Source: Macrostomum lignano
Taxonomy: Eukaryota
Reading direction: 5' to 3'
Assembly: GCA_002269645.1 (NCBI GenBank)
Contig: NIVC01004063.1
Coordinates: 1-62,035, forward strand
Length of the DNA stretch: 62,035 nt
Each line of letters opens with the position of its first letter. Position 1 is the stretch's first letter. The notes beneath the pieces are model-generated. The model was not told the origin of the DNA. It saw only the letters and a program-made list of their open reading frames with translations, and did not search any database. A program made the translations under genes and the position numbers. Below are positions 42,698 through 55,084 of this stretch, piece after piece.

Positions 42698-42702
42698 TAC
42701 TG

Positions 42703-42755
<53 letters not shown>

Positions 42756-42756
42756 A

Positions 42757-42790
<34 letters not shown>

Positions 42791-42842
42791 GCTAGCCAAC
42801 TAATTAACTAACTAACTAACTAACTAACTTACTGACTAACTG

Positions 42843-42889
<47 letters not shown>

Positions 42890-42894
42890 TACTG

Positions 42895-42959
<65 letters not shown>

Positions 42960-42960
42960 A

Positions 42961-42998
<38 letters not shown>

Positions 42999-43033
42999 GC
43001 TAGCCAACTAATTAACTAACTAACTAGCTAGCC

Positions 43034-43065
<32 letters not shown>

Positions 43066-43096
43066 TACTAACTAACTAACTAACTAACTAACTAAG

Positions 43097-43147
<51 letters not shown>

Positions 43148-46100
43148 ATAACTAACTAACTAAATAACTTACTGACTAACTAACTAACTAACTAAATAAT
43201 TAACTAACTAACTAACTAACTAGCCAGCCAGACAACCCACCCCACATCCGGCACGGTCACAATGAACACGTTGCGCCTGTCGTCCAGCTCGGCGGGGGCA
43301 GCCGAAGCGGCGCAGTCCGGTCCACCATCGCCGCGTAGGTGAATGGCGATCGGCCGACTCGGCCGTCGTCTGGCCTCAATCTGCAGCCGGCCGCCGCTGC
43401 GCAGCGCACAGTGCAGCCGCTCCCAGCGGGCCGGCCCGACGCCGCCAACATCGCCAGGCCGACACCGGTGCATCAGGTAGCCGCGAACTCGGCGAGATCG
43501 CAGCCGCACCGGCTGCCCAGCCGCCGGAGATCCGGCCTGAACGGTTTCGAAGTCGTCCGGCAGAAAGACGGCGTCGGGATAAGCGGACTCGAGCCGCGCC
43601 ACCGAAGCCGCTGTGCCGGCTCGTTCGAGGTCGAACTCGCGCTGCAGGCTGCGTGCGATCCGGAATAAAGTCATGTATCGTATATATCATGTTTATAATG
43701 AAAATGAATAAAAATATGCTTCGACGTAACGTGAGTTAAGACTCGTACGCAAACAGAGCTTACTTTGGACAGTTCTGTTCTCTAGAGGGATTTTTGGTCT
43801 CGCAGGCCTCAATGTTTCGCAGACCCAGTTGTTCATGGTTTGCTAATCTAAACTGTGACATGGTTAACTCTGGATTGGAATTTCTAAGAGTAAGCATTTC
43901 TCATATACAGAACATATAAGTACAGTTCCCAGTATATACATGTACAGTTGCTAATATCTGAGTTGCCGCTAGTCATGCCAATTCCGCTGACTTTCTAATT
44001 ATCAGGCATGTGATGTACATACTCTGTGTCTTGCGTAGCTGGTCCTCATGATCGTGGGTCTGCACACGTGCAAGGTAGCTAACCTAGCCAATTTTCTAAC
44101 TAGCATGTGCACGACTGCTTGTCTAATCGCAGCCAATCGACTGGCAACAGTTTACCATAGCAACAGGCCTCTGGCGTTGCCGCTAAGCGTATCCAAGTCG
44201 CGCTTATCAGCAAACTCATTGGCCAGCCTGAACAGGCGCAGATGGGCCTGCAGATGCCCGGCCAGGGGCTCCAGGAAGGCCAGCTGGCGGCGCTGCTGCA
44301 CCAGATTCATTGACGAGAAATAGTGAAGCGCAGTCTGCGGGTTAGGGTTAGGGTTAGGGTTAGGGTTAGCTTTTCGTGTGTGCATCAGACAGGCCCATGG
44401 CTTACCCTGTGCAACTTCTTGCGCATGTGATAAACTTCGTCAATAGCTTCGCGTCTGGCCTGTTCGCTGCATCTGGTTGACAGTTTGGCGTAGCGCTGAG
44501 TTGACTGCTCGTGCTCTGCAATAAGCGATCAGGTCGGTTTCGAATTGATTGACTGCTCTGTGGCTGTTCTGTGTGGAGGTGCTTTTTGGGAATGGTGGTG
44601 TTCTGTGAGGTGGTGGTTGTTCTTGTAAGGTGGGTTGTTCTGTGAGATGGTGGTTGTTCTGTGAGGTGGTGGTTGTTCTGTGAGGTGGTGGTTGTTCTGT
44701 GAGGTGGTTGTTCCGTGAGGTGGTGGTTGTTCTGTGAGGTAGGATTGTTCCGTGAGATGGTGGTTGTTCTGTGAGGTGGTTGTTCCGTGAGGTGGTGGTT
44801 GTTCCGTGAGGTGGTGGTTGTTCTGTGAGGTGGTGGTTGTTCTGTGAGGTGGTGGTTGTTCCGTGAGGTGGTTGTTCTGTGAGGTGGTGGTTGTTCTGTG
44901 AGGTGGTGGTTGTTCCGTGAGGTGGTGGTTGTTCCGTGAGGTGGTGGTTGTTCTGTGAGGTGGTGGTTGTTCCGTGAGGTGGTGGTTGTTCTGTGAGGTG
45001 GTGGTTGTTCCGTGAGGTGGTGGTTGTTCTGTGAGGTGGTGGTTGTTCCGTGAGGTGGTGGTTGTTCTGTGAGGTGGTGGTTGTTCTGTGAGGTGGTGGT
45101 TGTTCCGTGAGGTGGTGGTTGTTCCGTGAGGTGGTGGTTGTTCCGTGAGGTGGTGGTTGTTTTGTGAGGTGGTGGTTGTTCTGTGAGGTGGTGATTGTTC
45201 CGTGAGGTGGTGGTTGTTCCGTGAGGTGGTGGTTGTTCTGGGTGGTGGTTGTTCCGTGAGGTGGTGGTTGTTCCTGAGGTGGTGGTTGTTTTGGTGGCTG
45301 CGGTCTAATTATATTGACTTTGCTAAAACAAAATTAAATGAAGCAAATGCACTGCACACTTGGACAACTCACCATCACTAACAAGTCCATATAGGTTTTG
45401 CAGCTGCATCAGCTCTGCAAATTGATTGAAGCGATAGAAAGCTAAATAAATCAGGCATAACAAAATCTTTATCATTTCCACTGTTCAAATAGTAGACAAA
45501 CGAGTCATGAGTTAAGATTTGTAAAAATGTGAAAGCATAAATATACGTCGTGAAACCGGGTCTAACATAATTGTGCCACCGAAAACCCTTGCTTCTTTAT
45601 ATGTGATAAATATGCTCTAAAAACCGCTGTAACAAGATGTAAACAAATTAACTTTAAAGCTTTGAAACAAAAAAGCATGGCTTAATAAACGCCAAAACTC
45701 CTTATAAATGAAAAGTTATCAATGACCTTCAAGATCGGCTGTAATAAACCGACTAATGGGGTTGATCATGGATTGGGAGATCTGTCGGGCGACCTCCTGG
45801 TGCATGGTTCCTATCTGGAAAAATGTTTTTACTAGAGTGACTGACTGCGTTTGAGATCCAATTCAACATATTTTAGATATAAAACACTGCTAGACACAAT
45901 CCAACACTGCTTAGACCTAATGCAACACAGTTCAGTTCTTTGAGTCATTTAACTCATAACTCAGATTCAAAGTTAATAACAAGTTCGGTAAGCTCACCTC
46001 CTCAATATAATCGGCCAGCATAGGAAAAGTTGTTACCAGACAAGAATTCTTCTTCTCCAAAGGAAACTTCTGGAATAAAAAGGAAAAAGTCCATCAGTTT

Positions 46101-48156
46101 TTCTAGCAATTTAGACAGAGGCAACGAGGTCAAATCTGTGAAAAAAATCAATATGATCAAGCTGCATACCATGCTACCATACTTCTTCATCAGAGCTGCC
46201 AGTCCATGAGATGCAGCTGCCAAAGCCTGTTGAGCAGCCTGGATTTTCTCGCAGTAGCCATGAAATTCATAGGCAAATTGCCTAAGCATTTGTGCATCTT
46301 CTTCATAGATCGAAAGCACTGACTGAGTCTACAATGGAATTCAAATTATTTTTTTTAGAAAGTGGCCATTCAAATATATAAAATAATAAAAATTCTTTGC
46401 ATAGACTAAGACTAGTTAGAATTTTATTAGCTTATGACTAAGGATAATTGTTCTAGGTCTTTTCTCAAGTGCTCAAGGATTCTATGTGTGCAGGGCGATC
46501 TATATTTTTACGATTTGATGCTTTTAAATTCGTGCCAAAATACTAAGCAAACGATTTGTTATAATGTACATGTTTTCCAAAATATTTTCGCAAATTAATT
46601 TTTGTTTAAAACTACGGAATAATTTAGTATAAATAGACGTGATCTGGGCCGAGAGAGAGCAACTTGCCTTCGTGCAGTTCCTATGAAAGGAGTAAGCATA
46701 TAAAGAAAGGAGTGTTACGAATAATTATAAGAGGAGCCGTTTTCCGAGTCATTCATTTGCAGACATAAAAGCAAAATAGACTGAAGCGTATACAGTATAT
46801 ACTATTGAGAAGCAGCAGCATTGAGTAGTAAGAGAATACAAAGTAGTTCCTAAGTAATAAGTGTAAGAATAACCGGAGGCTGTGACCCTCTGATCTTGGT
46901 AACGCCCAAGGACTTGCAAAGTACATGAAATACATATACCAGTATAGCCAATAGACCACTCAGGCCAGAATAATAATAAAAGCTACCAGAACAATAGTAA
47001 ACGCTACTGGAATAACAAGAGAACGATAACAATTGTAAGGGCTAAATAATATTCTAAGAACAAAATACTCAGACTAAATACTCAGACTAAATACTCAGAC
47101 TAAATACTCAGACTAAATACTCAGACTAACTACTAAAGATATATACTCAGATCTATTCTAAAAACATTTCTTGGATTATTCTAAGATTGATAAACTCATA
47201 ATTTATTAATAGGATAATCCTGGTGGCAGCTACCAACTTAAAAAATTAGTTTAGCCCTTTGACAACTTGGTGGCAGCTAGTAAGGCTAAACAAAATAATA
47301 ATTAAGACCCCTGAGACAGCTTTTGGTAACAACAGTGGGATATTATTAAGAAGGAAGAATCACCCCTGTTACATATGATATTTTGCTCATTTATGTTGTT
47401 CTATTATTTTCTATTAATTAAGCTCCATTTATTAAATAAATCTATTTTAAACTTGCACTTAAGCACAAAAAGTTTAACAACCTATAAATGAAATTTAATA
47501 AATCAAAACAAAGAACATTGAATATTTATTAAACTATTTTAAAGTGTTAAAAATTAGCTTATAATTTTTTTAAAATTAAGATAAACTATATTTTGTTTAA
47601 TATACAAATCTTACAATAAATTTCTTAATCAGTTAACTAATTTAACAACAAAAGTTATCAATAGGACTAATAGGGGGGATTCCCATTTCTGGCAATTTTT
47701 GTTGCTACATTAGACCAGAATAAAGCAAATATATGCAAAATATAAAAACAAGATATAACTATCTATTGTGCATCTCTCTAACAAAAACCAAGTTGCCAGC
47801 CCTTCATATTTCTAGTATATTCAACCTTTACCAGTGTAAAAATGCCAAAACGGTTGGTAGCTCTAACTATTGATAACATAATTTATTATTGACAATATTG
47901 ACTATAAAAGAAACATTAAAAAATAAAAACAGTAGCCAAATGTAAAATGTTATGAAGGAACACATATGAAATTTACTGAATGGCCCAAAAGATCATATTT
48001 GTATTTATTATAAAATATGCAATAAGCTTCAAATCATTAGTCATGAATGAAGTCATAAAATAAAAAATGGCTTCTAAAATCAAAAGTAAAATCACTTTGA
48101 CTTACCTTGGGACTATCATGAATTGCTTCCTCTAATGTAAGCTTCCTTGGAGCCAT
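41242..48156 (-). CDS. APPL1: APPL-family adaptor (BAR-PH-PTB; DIP13)
   Basis: Exons 48156-48106 (MAPRKLTLEEAIHDSPK), 46322-46170, 46069-45998, 45814-45727, 45414-45373, 44515-44406, 44334-44156, 43648-43241, 42486-~41781 and ~41453-41242. Phases are compatible through exon 9. BAR (SIYEEDA..., EVYHMRKKLHRTALHYF...LEPL), PH (GYL...W...RRNVF...LILQAEN...EWIAAI) and a diverged PTB are collinear with APPL1/2. The last junction is uncertain. Confidence 0.9.
41455..41540 (-). mobile_element. Truncated, diverged tRNA-derived SINE copy
   Basis: Minus strand cagtggtcatcggattcacgactaaaaaggtcgggggttcgaatcccgacccactcggaacaaatgtgtggtccttatcaag aligns with the SINE heads at 49705 and 50810 (B box GGTTCGAATCC). 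Confidence 0.7.
42535..43225 (+). repeat. (ACTA)n microsatellite filling APPL intron 8
   Basis: Seen directly. Confidence 0.97.
44339..44369 (+). repeat. Interstitial perfect telomeric repeat (GGGTTA)5 in a 71-nt APPL intron
   Basis: gggttagggttagggttagggttagggttag. Confidence 0.97.
44600..45295 (+). repeat. 19-bp G/T-rich minisatellite (tgtgaggtggtggttgttc)
   Basis: Direct periodicity; APPL intron 5. Confidence 0.96.
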
Positions 48157-49703
48157 TATGTTTTTTCAGATTTATTAGGCAGAAAAATTCAGTCAAGCGC
48201 ACACCAGTTTATTATTTACTTTCCTGTTGCATGTAGCAGAAACTCATAAAAGCATAAAGAATAAAAGGTTCCTCAGAACTGTCGAGGAGTCGGTTTCTGG
48301 GAAAATTGATATATTGAAATTTCGCTACTGGGAGTCCTTGATCCTGAACCTGTTAAAACAAATGGGCGCTAAGATCATCACGAGCTTGCTGCAATATGAA
48401 TAATTGACTTTCTCCAATCAAAAACGAAAAAAACTTGAGTTATTATATGCATACTTCTTGAATATACTATGAATTATTATGATGTGCCTATATATTTCTT
48501 TCGATGTAGTCGATTTTATAAAAAACAGATGGCTAAACTGATTTTTACACAACTTTCACCAAACATGCCTAGCCAGTGTAGATCAGAAATTATTTAGCAA
48601 CATACGATACAATGTAACTGTACTGTCTTGGCTAGTAGACTGCTTTTTGAAGGACTATGCTAAAAACGGTTATCGATTCTAGTCAGTTTGCTCCGGAAGC
48701 TTGTTTAGTCTTCCATAGCTTGATTATATTTCCAAGGATTATACCAAGGTATATTTATTTGGTATATTTATACCAAGCAATAAATGATAAGTCTCTGAGC
48801 AGAGCAAGCAAGGCTATATTTGGATGAGACAATGCCTAGAATGTGCAGCGTTTTTTTAGTGCTGGTCGAACTAACACTCCGATAACTAGGAAACATGAAT
48901 AGCTTTTTCCTTCAGTTAGCTTCAGAGCTTGGTGTGAGGGGGGGCAAAGCTATTCAGGTATGCAGGTACATGTACCTACCTTAATCACTGCCATAGACCA
49001 TTTTTGTTTTCTATAAACAAATGGCATCAAGTCAAGAACAACTATCATCTGTCAGCTTTGCAGCTACATTTAATTCTATTTAATTATTAGAATTATGCAA
49101 TATAAATAATAACATTCAACATTATCGTGTGTATTTTAAAACAATATGAATGAACATTAAAAAGAAAATAATGTAGTCAATTTGAGAGACAATATCAGAA
49201 TTGTTAAATGAACAGCAATAATCTATTCCCAATAGTAACTGAAGACATTGGAAGCGATTGAATGCCAGCTGTAGAAGCGCAGACTAAATTAAAAACAAAA
49301 AACATGAAAACTTGGATAATACTGCTTATGAGTAGCATCTATAGCATACAAAAATGTTTAGTATATTGCAAAAGGCATGTTGGTAAATACGAGAGAGTGA
49401 ATAGACGAAAGTGCAAAAATGAGTGAATTGCAACAATATAACTGGAAATCAATTTCTAGCAAAGCATTTAATTCTAGCTTTATATCGTATTAAAGAAAGC
49501 AACAGAGTAAACAATCACAAAGACTATAAAAGAGCTAGCTGAGAAATTAAACATATCCGTACAGTGAAAGCATAGGCTAGCTTTGCTATATATAATGCAT
49601 ATAAAGCGGATTTAAAGTGTTTGCCACTGAATATGAAATAAAATGAGGCACAATGAGCCTGAGAGCCCAGACGAGGATTAGAAGGCTAAGTGACTATAAA
49701 AAG

Positions 49704-49975
49704 AGGGGGTTGTAGCCTAGTGGTTAGAGCGTCGGACTCCCGACTGGAAGGTAAGGGGTTCGATTCTCGGCTCACTCAGAACAATTTGTGTCCTTGAGCA
49801 AGACACTTTAGCTGTAAAATGGGTGGCAGTATTAGCTAGGTTATTAAATGAGGGTGTGTGTGGCGACCCCCAGTCCTTGGACTGAACAGCCGTACGCAGC
49901 CTTCAGGCTGCGGCTGAGCTGTCGGTTGCATATCTGCCCATTAGGGCAGGTTTAACCAATTATTATTATTATTAT
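49704..49975 (+). mobile_element. Full-length tRNA-derived SINE with a CORE-like domain and (ATT)n tail
   Basis: A box TAGCCTAGTGG, B box GGTTCGATTC, CORE-like gtccttgagcaagacactt...ctgtaaaatggg, (att)n tail, 13-bp TSD tgactataaaaag (49691-49703, 49976-49988). Confidence 0.92.
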
Positions 49976-50201
49976 TGACTATAAAAAGTTGGATATCTGT
50001 CAACTTAGGCAGCCTACAGTTGTTTAAATATGGGTTGAATGATAATCACGAGAGGCCTCTGGGAAACCCTGGTGCTAAGAGACAGTTCAGAGACAGACAG
50101 AGAGAGCGGAGAACACGTGACTAGAAATCGTGGTCCATAGTGTCAACAAACAGACTAAACTTTTAAAAGGCAAAAAAACCCACCAATATCTGTAACGCCT
50201 G

Positions 50202-53200
50202 CTACTCATCAATAAATAGATCCTCTGTAGGATGACAGAACGCCATGTACTCATTGTAGAACCTGGCGTAGGCAGCCTGCACAGCCGACACTAAGCTGGC
50301 CAGCTGTTGGCAGGCGCCAGTGAACACGTGAGCAGCGGCCAGACGGCGCTCCAGTCTAGGATGCCGGGTGACGAAAGCGGCAACCGCTGGCAGAGTTGGA
50401 TGGACGCAGCACAGGGACACATTGCGCATGCTGAAGTAATAGCTGAACTGTTCGGCAGTGGGCTGTAATACAAATTTAAATTTTTTTGGAAAAGTTTTTG
50501 TTTGTAAAAAATTTATTTAACTATCAACCCTTGCTACTTATCAGTAGGCGATTTGGAATATTATATTCAACATCTAACAGAGGAATTTTAAAAAGCCACA
50601 AGTTATGGATGATAAAATTGACGTCTTTGGAGGGTCGCCACACACACTCTCAATTACCCCAGCTAATGCTGGCACCCATTTTACAGCTGGGTGAATTGAA
50701 GCAATGCGTCTTAAGCGTCTTGCTCAAGGACACAAACAGTGGGATCGGGAATCGAACCCCCGACCTTCAAGTCGTAAGTCCAACGCTCTAACCACTAGGC
50801 TACAACCCCCTGCCTAAAACCCCCTTAGAAAACACTGAGCAAGTTGTCCATGCTTACTTTTGTTTAACAAACGAGTACTAAAAAGTTACAAAAATTAAAA
50901 AAACAATTTGAATGATAAAAGTACAGCCGCATTTTATCAGCCTACCTACTGACTTAAAAAACGCAACCTTAGCTACGCATCTGTAATACCTGCTGCAAAC
51001 AGCAGTGACTGTCACGTGACTGCCGCTTTAATGCCCGCTTATTGACAAGATCGGCGGCGCCCGTAGACGCTGCCAGACAGGGCGAGGACAGACGGCGCAG
51101 CAGCTGCGTCAGCAGCGGTGGCGCCGTTTTCTGGCGATGCTTTGCCGTAAAATTTGCATCGCCCTGTTGCGGCTGCTGTTGCTTGAGCGAAGAAAAAAGC
51201 AGACAACTTTAGATTTTAGCGCACATAATAACAGATGAAAAAATAGGTTAGCAAAAGCGCTACACTACTCACATAAGCATTGCAAGTAGGCGAGAAGCGT
51301 TTTGTAATACAATTTATGCATTTGGAACGACAAGAAGGGCATCTTACCTCGCCAGTTAAACAGCTGCTAGACATTCTAATGCCGTAGGTGCTCACTACCA
51401 CACTGCAGTTGGAGCCACTGCGACCTGATTGGCTGCTGAGCACCTTGAAATGAGTAAATACGAGTATCAATAGTATGTGCATTAGCATAACTGCTTGATG
51501 AGGGACAAAAATCTGTTTTCTTTTTTGATTAAATAAATGAAATGACGCTCAGTTAAGTGAAATGGCGCCCAGTTAAATGAAAAAAGGCGCCTAGATAAAT
51601 GAAATGGCGCCCAGTTAAATGAAATGGCACCTAGTTAAATGAAATGGAACCCAGTTAAGAAAATGAGTCCCTAGATTTCCTCACAAATGGCTCACAATGC
51701 TCACCCGATCCAAAGCCTTGGCCAGACGGGCCCGATCGACTCCGGCGGCCACTTCAACCGCGCCAACAAAATTTAAACCTGTGGCAACAAAATTGCCGCC
51801 GCTGCCGCCAACGCCGCCTTCAGGTTCGGCAACGACAGCGGCGGAAGCGACAACAGTCGTTGGCGGACTCGACAATGTCGACAAGGTCAACGACGACGAG
51901 GACGACGACGAAGGCGGCGGCGGCGGCGATATGGCGGGAGCCGGCGGCAGTAGTGACTGACTGTCGCCAGTGCAGCTGGGCTTGGCGGCAGATGCCAACG
52001 GCAGAGGGAAGACGCCGCGCTCTCTAGTGCGCAGATTGACCCCGGCAGCCCAGCCGTCTGGGTCGACACGTAGCACAACAATAGGATCGCCTTCGACTAG
52101 AGCCAGCTGGTCCGGATGGCGCGGGCAGAACCGGTGGGCTGCCCGATGCGACGGGGTCGGCGTTGGCGACGGCTGAGCAGTCTGGGAGTCGCTGACAGAC
52201 CAGATTGCCTCCCATTCGGCTGATTTGTAGAATGAGCGGCCGGCTGCTTTGGAGTTTATAAATTATTTATATTTAATTATACTGCCAATATTTTTACGGC
52301 ATACTGTATGCTTTGCTCCATCCCTGCTAACCTAACCACTTTCTGAAACACTTCTTAGCACAGTTGTCAACTCTTTTCGCGAGCGTCTACTCTTTTTCAG
52401 TAGTTCATCTGCGCATCATCCCTTAAATTTTAATTTGGCAGCTAAAAGTTTCTTTTTTCCTCGGGTTTTGTGGCCTCAAGAGCAAATGGGGTTAAGCAGG
52501 AACAAAATGACCCGTTAGAAAAGTTATACACCTGCAGAGGCATAAAAAGTGAACGAGGTGCACAAAAGAGGCAATTTGATGTCCTATTTCGTGCATGTTT
52601 TGGAAATGCACCTGAGTGCACCTTTTATGCCTAAATGTCACCAATATTTTTGAAGAGGCATGAAAAGTGTAAAATCGGTGAAGTGGTCAGGCAGTAGGTG
52701 AATTCTCAATTTTGATTGGTTGCGGCGTTAGGAGCAGTAAAGGTGTGTAAGGGGCACTGGAGGTGCGCAAAAGGTGAACAGCAGGCTCATAAGTGAGGCA
52801 CAGCAGGTGCACGGGAGGTGCAGAAGGGGCACAGAAAGTGCATGAAAGGTGAATCAGAGGTGGGTGTACATGATTCTAATTAAACTACTTCTTTCAAAAG
52901 ACAATTAAGTCACGGAATAAATAGGTGCGCGTACATGTGCATTTCCAAAACAAGCACGAAATAGGCCACTAAGGTGCCTCTTTTGTGCACCTTGCTCACC
53001 CTTTATGCCTACGCGGTTGCATAACTTTTCCAATGGGAATTAGTAATAAAAATTAACTGTAAGTTACATACTCGCATATTGCAGGCACATTAAACATAGA
53101 AAAGCTTTATTTACACCTATACTAATCGCTGCTATCCCTTCCTGATTCTGGCCAACCGCGATAGTAAACATTCCCTATACTGATAAGTTGCAATGACTTT

Positions 53201-54681
53201 CAAATACTGAGGAAAAGTTCCGAAAAGCGGTGAAAAGTTTTGCATCAGTGTGGAAAAGTTTCGATTCTTTCCAAAGAATAGTGAGGAAAAGTAGCAAAGA
53301 ATTTTCGCAAGTTGGAATGCCCCTTTCATTGCTTCTACACCTAAAGTGCCCACTGTGCACCTTTTGTTCACCTTTTGTGCCTCCAATGCACACTGTACAC
53401 CTTTTATGCACCTCCACCGCGGCGCACCTTTTGTTCACCTTTTACTCCACCAATACCCCCAATTCCTACTCTGTTCACCTTTTGTGCCTCCAATGCACAC
53501 TGTGCACCTTTAATGCACCTAACTCCCCTATGACACTTGTGCCCCTACCGCCTATTTCATGCCTTAAATTCACCTTTTGACCCTGCAGAGGCACTGAGGT
53601 GAACACGCGGTGCACAGTGGAACAAAATAGGCATAAGAGAGGCGAAAGTGAGGCAGAAGGTGCAAAACTCTTCACCTTTTATGCCTACTTTAGAAAATCA
53701 AAATCCAACGGGTGAACGTAATACAGACGAAACTCAGCCTAGGGAGCAGGCAGGCCTAATATAGCTCAGCCAATGACAGAGCAGTAAGAAGAGAGGTCAA
53801 AGTTTGACGGTCGAAACTCAGCCTAGGTGGACAGACCCCATCTAGCTCAGCCAATGAGAGAGGAGTAAGGACTCGCTTTAGTATTTTGTTATAAAGTCAG
53901 ACACAAGCGGGCAAGAGGAAATCCTTAAACTGTTTTACGGGCCTGGCTGGAGGGCTGGAGCGCCAACCCTTTTCACTCTGCTCTTTATGCACACGCATTG
54001 GATTTGGGTGCAGCTGCCAACAGGATGAATACTCGTAAGCTAATTGAATGTGTTCGCTTTAAGGACAAAAAGCCTGTGGCGAATCTTGCAACTCAGACAC
54101 TAAAATATCTATCTATTTTTATTTTAGTATCTGTGATCACGACAGATCAACTTCAATTTTGACACCCTCTATTTTTTCCAAGCTGGAATTTGACAAACGG
54201 CGCCTGGAACCCCGCCGATAAAAAAACAAAACTAAGTTTATTTTTTTCTACATTTCAATATTACCTTCCGGAGACTTCTGTTCAGAGCCAGCCAGATCTT
54301 CGCCAACTCTACTACACACCGGCATGCTGACTGGCCTAGACGGTGTGCTGCTCATAAAACTGCGCAGCGATTGGCTGACGCTAGTATGACGCAACAGTAC
54401 AGAATCCACCACTTTGGACGATACTTCGTGCTCCATTTCGTCTAAGCAGTGCCGACAAGGTCTGGCATCAGCTAAGCTTGTACAATCGGCCGCCGGGCTC
54501 AACTCAGTCAGCTGATAGAATTGGCGCTGACATCCGGTACAGGTGCGGATAGTGCCGCTGTGGCCTGACGCCTGCTGCTGCTGCTGCTGCGGGGGCCGTT
54601 GTTTAGTATTTTGTTAAATTCAACTTTGACTACTGCAAGTAGGCTTACTAGATGATTAGTTCGGGCTGTTCCACCTCTCAT
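50202..54681 (-). CDS. MAPK8IP1: JNK-interacting protein 1/2-like scaffold (SH3 + PTB; JIP1/Aplip1 family)
   Basis: Exons ~54681-54649 (tentative), 54586-54265, 52219-51705, 51443-51348, 51181-50990 and 50462-50202, phase-compatible. SH3: SHRAAHRFCPRHPDQLALVEGDPIVVLRVDPDGWAAGVNLRTRERGVFP. PTB end: FSMRNVSLCCVHP...FVTRHP...AHVF...YARFYNEYMAFCHPTEDLFIDE matches the JIP1 C-terminus (CPTEDIYLE). Confidence 0.88.
50632..50810 (-). mobile_element. Second tRNA/CORE-like SINE copy (5' ~180 bp)
   Basis: Reverse complement gggggttgtagcctagtggttagagcgttggac...ggttcgattccc...gtccttgagcaagacgctt...cacccagctgtaaaatggg. Confidence 0.9.
51545..51660 (+). repeat. ~20-bp tandem repeat (ccagttaaatgaaatggcgc)
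   Basis: About 5 copies in a JIP1 intron. Confidence 0.85.
52511..53037. mobile_element. MITE-like element with ~110-bp imperfect TIRs
   Basis: cccgttagaaaagttat...gaggtgcacaaaagaggc...cctatttcgtgcatgttttggaaatgcac mirrored by gtgcatttccaaaacaagcacgaaatagg...gcctcttttgtgcacc...ataacttttccaatggg. A related GTGCAC-rich copy lies at ~53310-53712. Confidence 0.8.
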
Positions 54682-55084
54682 ACTCCTTCGGCGACATTGA
54701 CCGCTGAGCACATACAAGAGCGCGGACACGCTCACACAGGGTGTACAGCGGTCCGGACTTTCTAATTGTCAGGCATGTACACTCTCTGTGTCTTTGGGGT
54801 TGGCCCTAATAGGTGTGAATCGAACGTGCGTTTATAATCTCCAACATATAGAAGCTGATGGGATGGCTGGCAGTGGAAGAAAAATTAATACAACTCAAAA
54901 AGGCAATTTTTCATGCAAAAAAGTTTTAGACAGTCACAATTTTATTACTTTCTTGACAAGGTCTCCGGGAAGTGAGGCAATTTGAATCCAACAAAGTGCG
55001 CTAAATATAAAATGCTCCTGTTGCCTACTAACAGTAGGATAAAAACACCAATTTAATTAAGCTAAACTATTCCACTTGTAATCT

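Noticed and set aside
49705-49780. tRNA gene
   Set aside because: A and B boxes are present, but it continues into a CORE-like body and (ATT)n tail with a TSD, so it is a SINE. A full cloverleaf is not supported.
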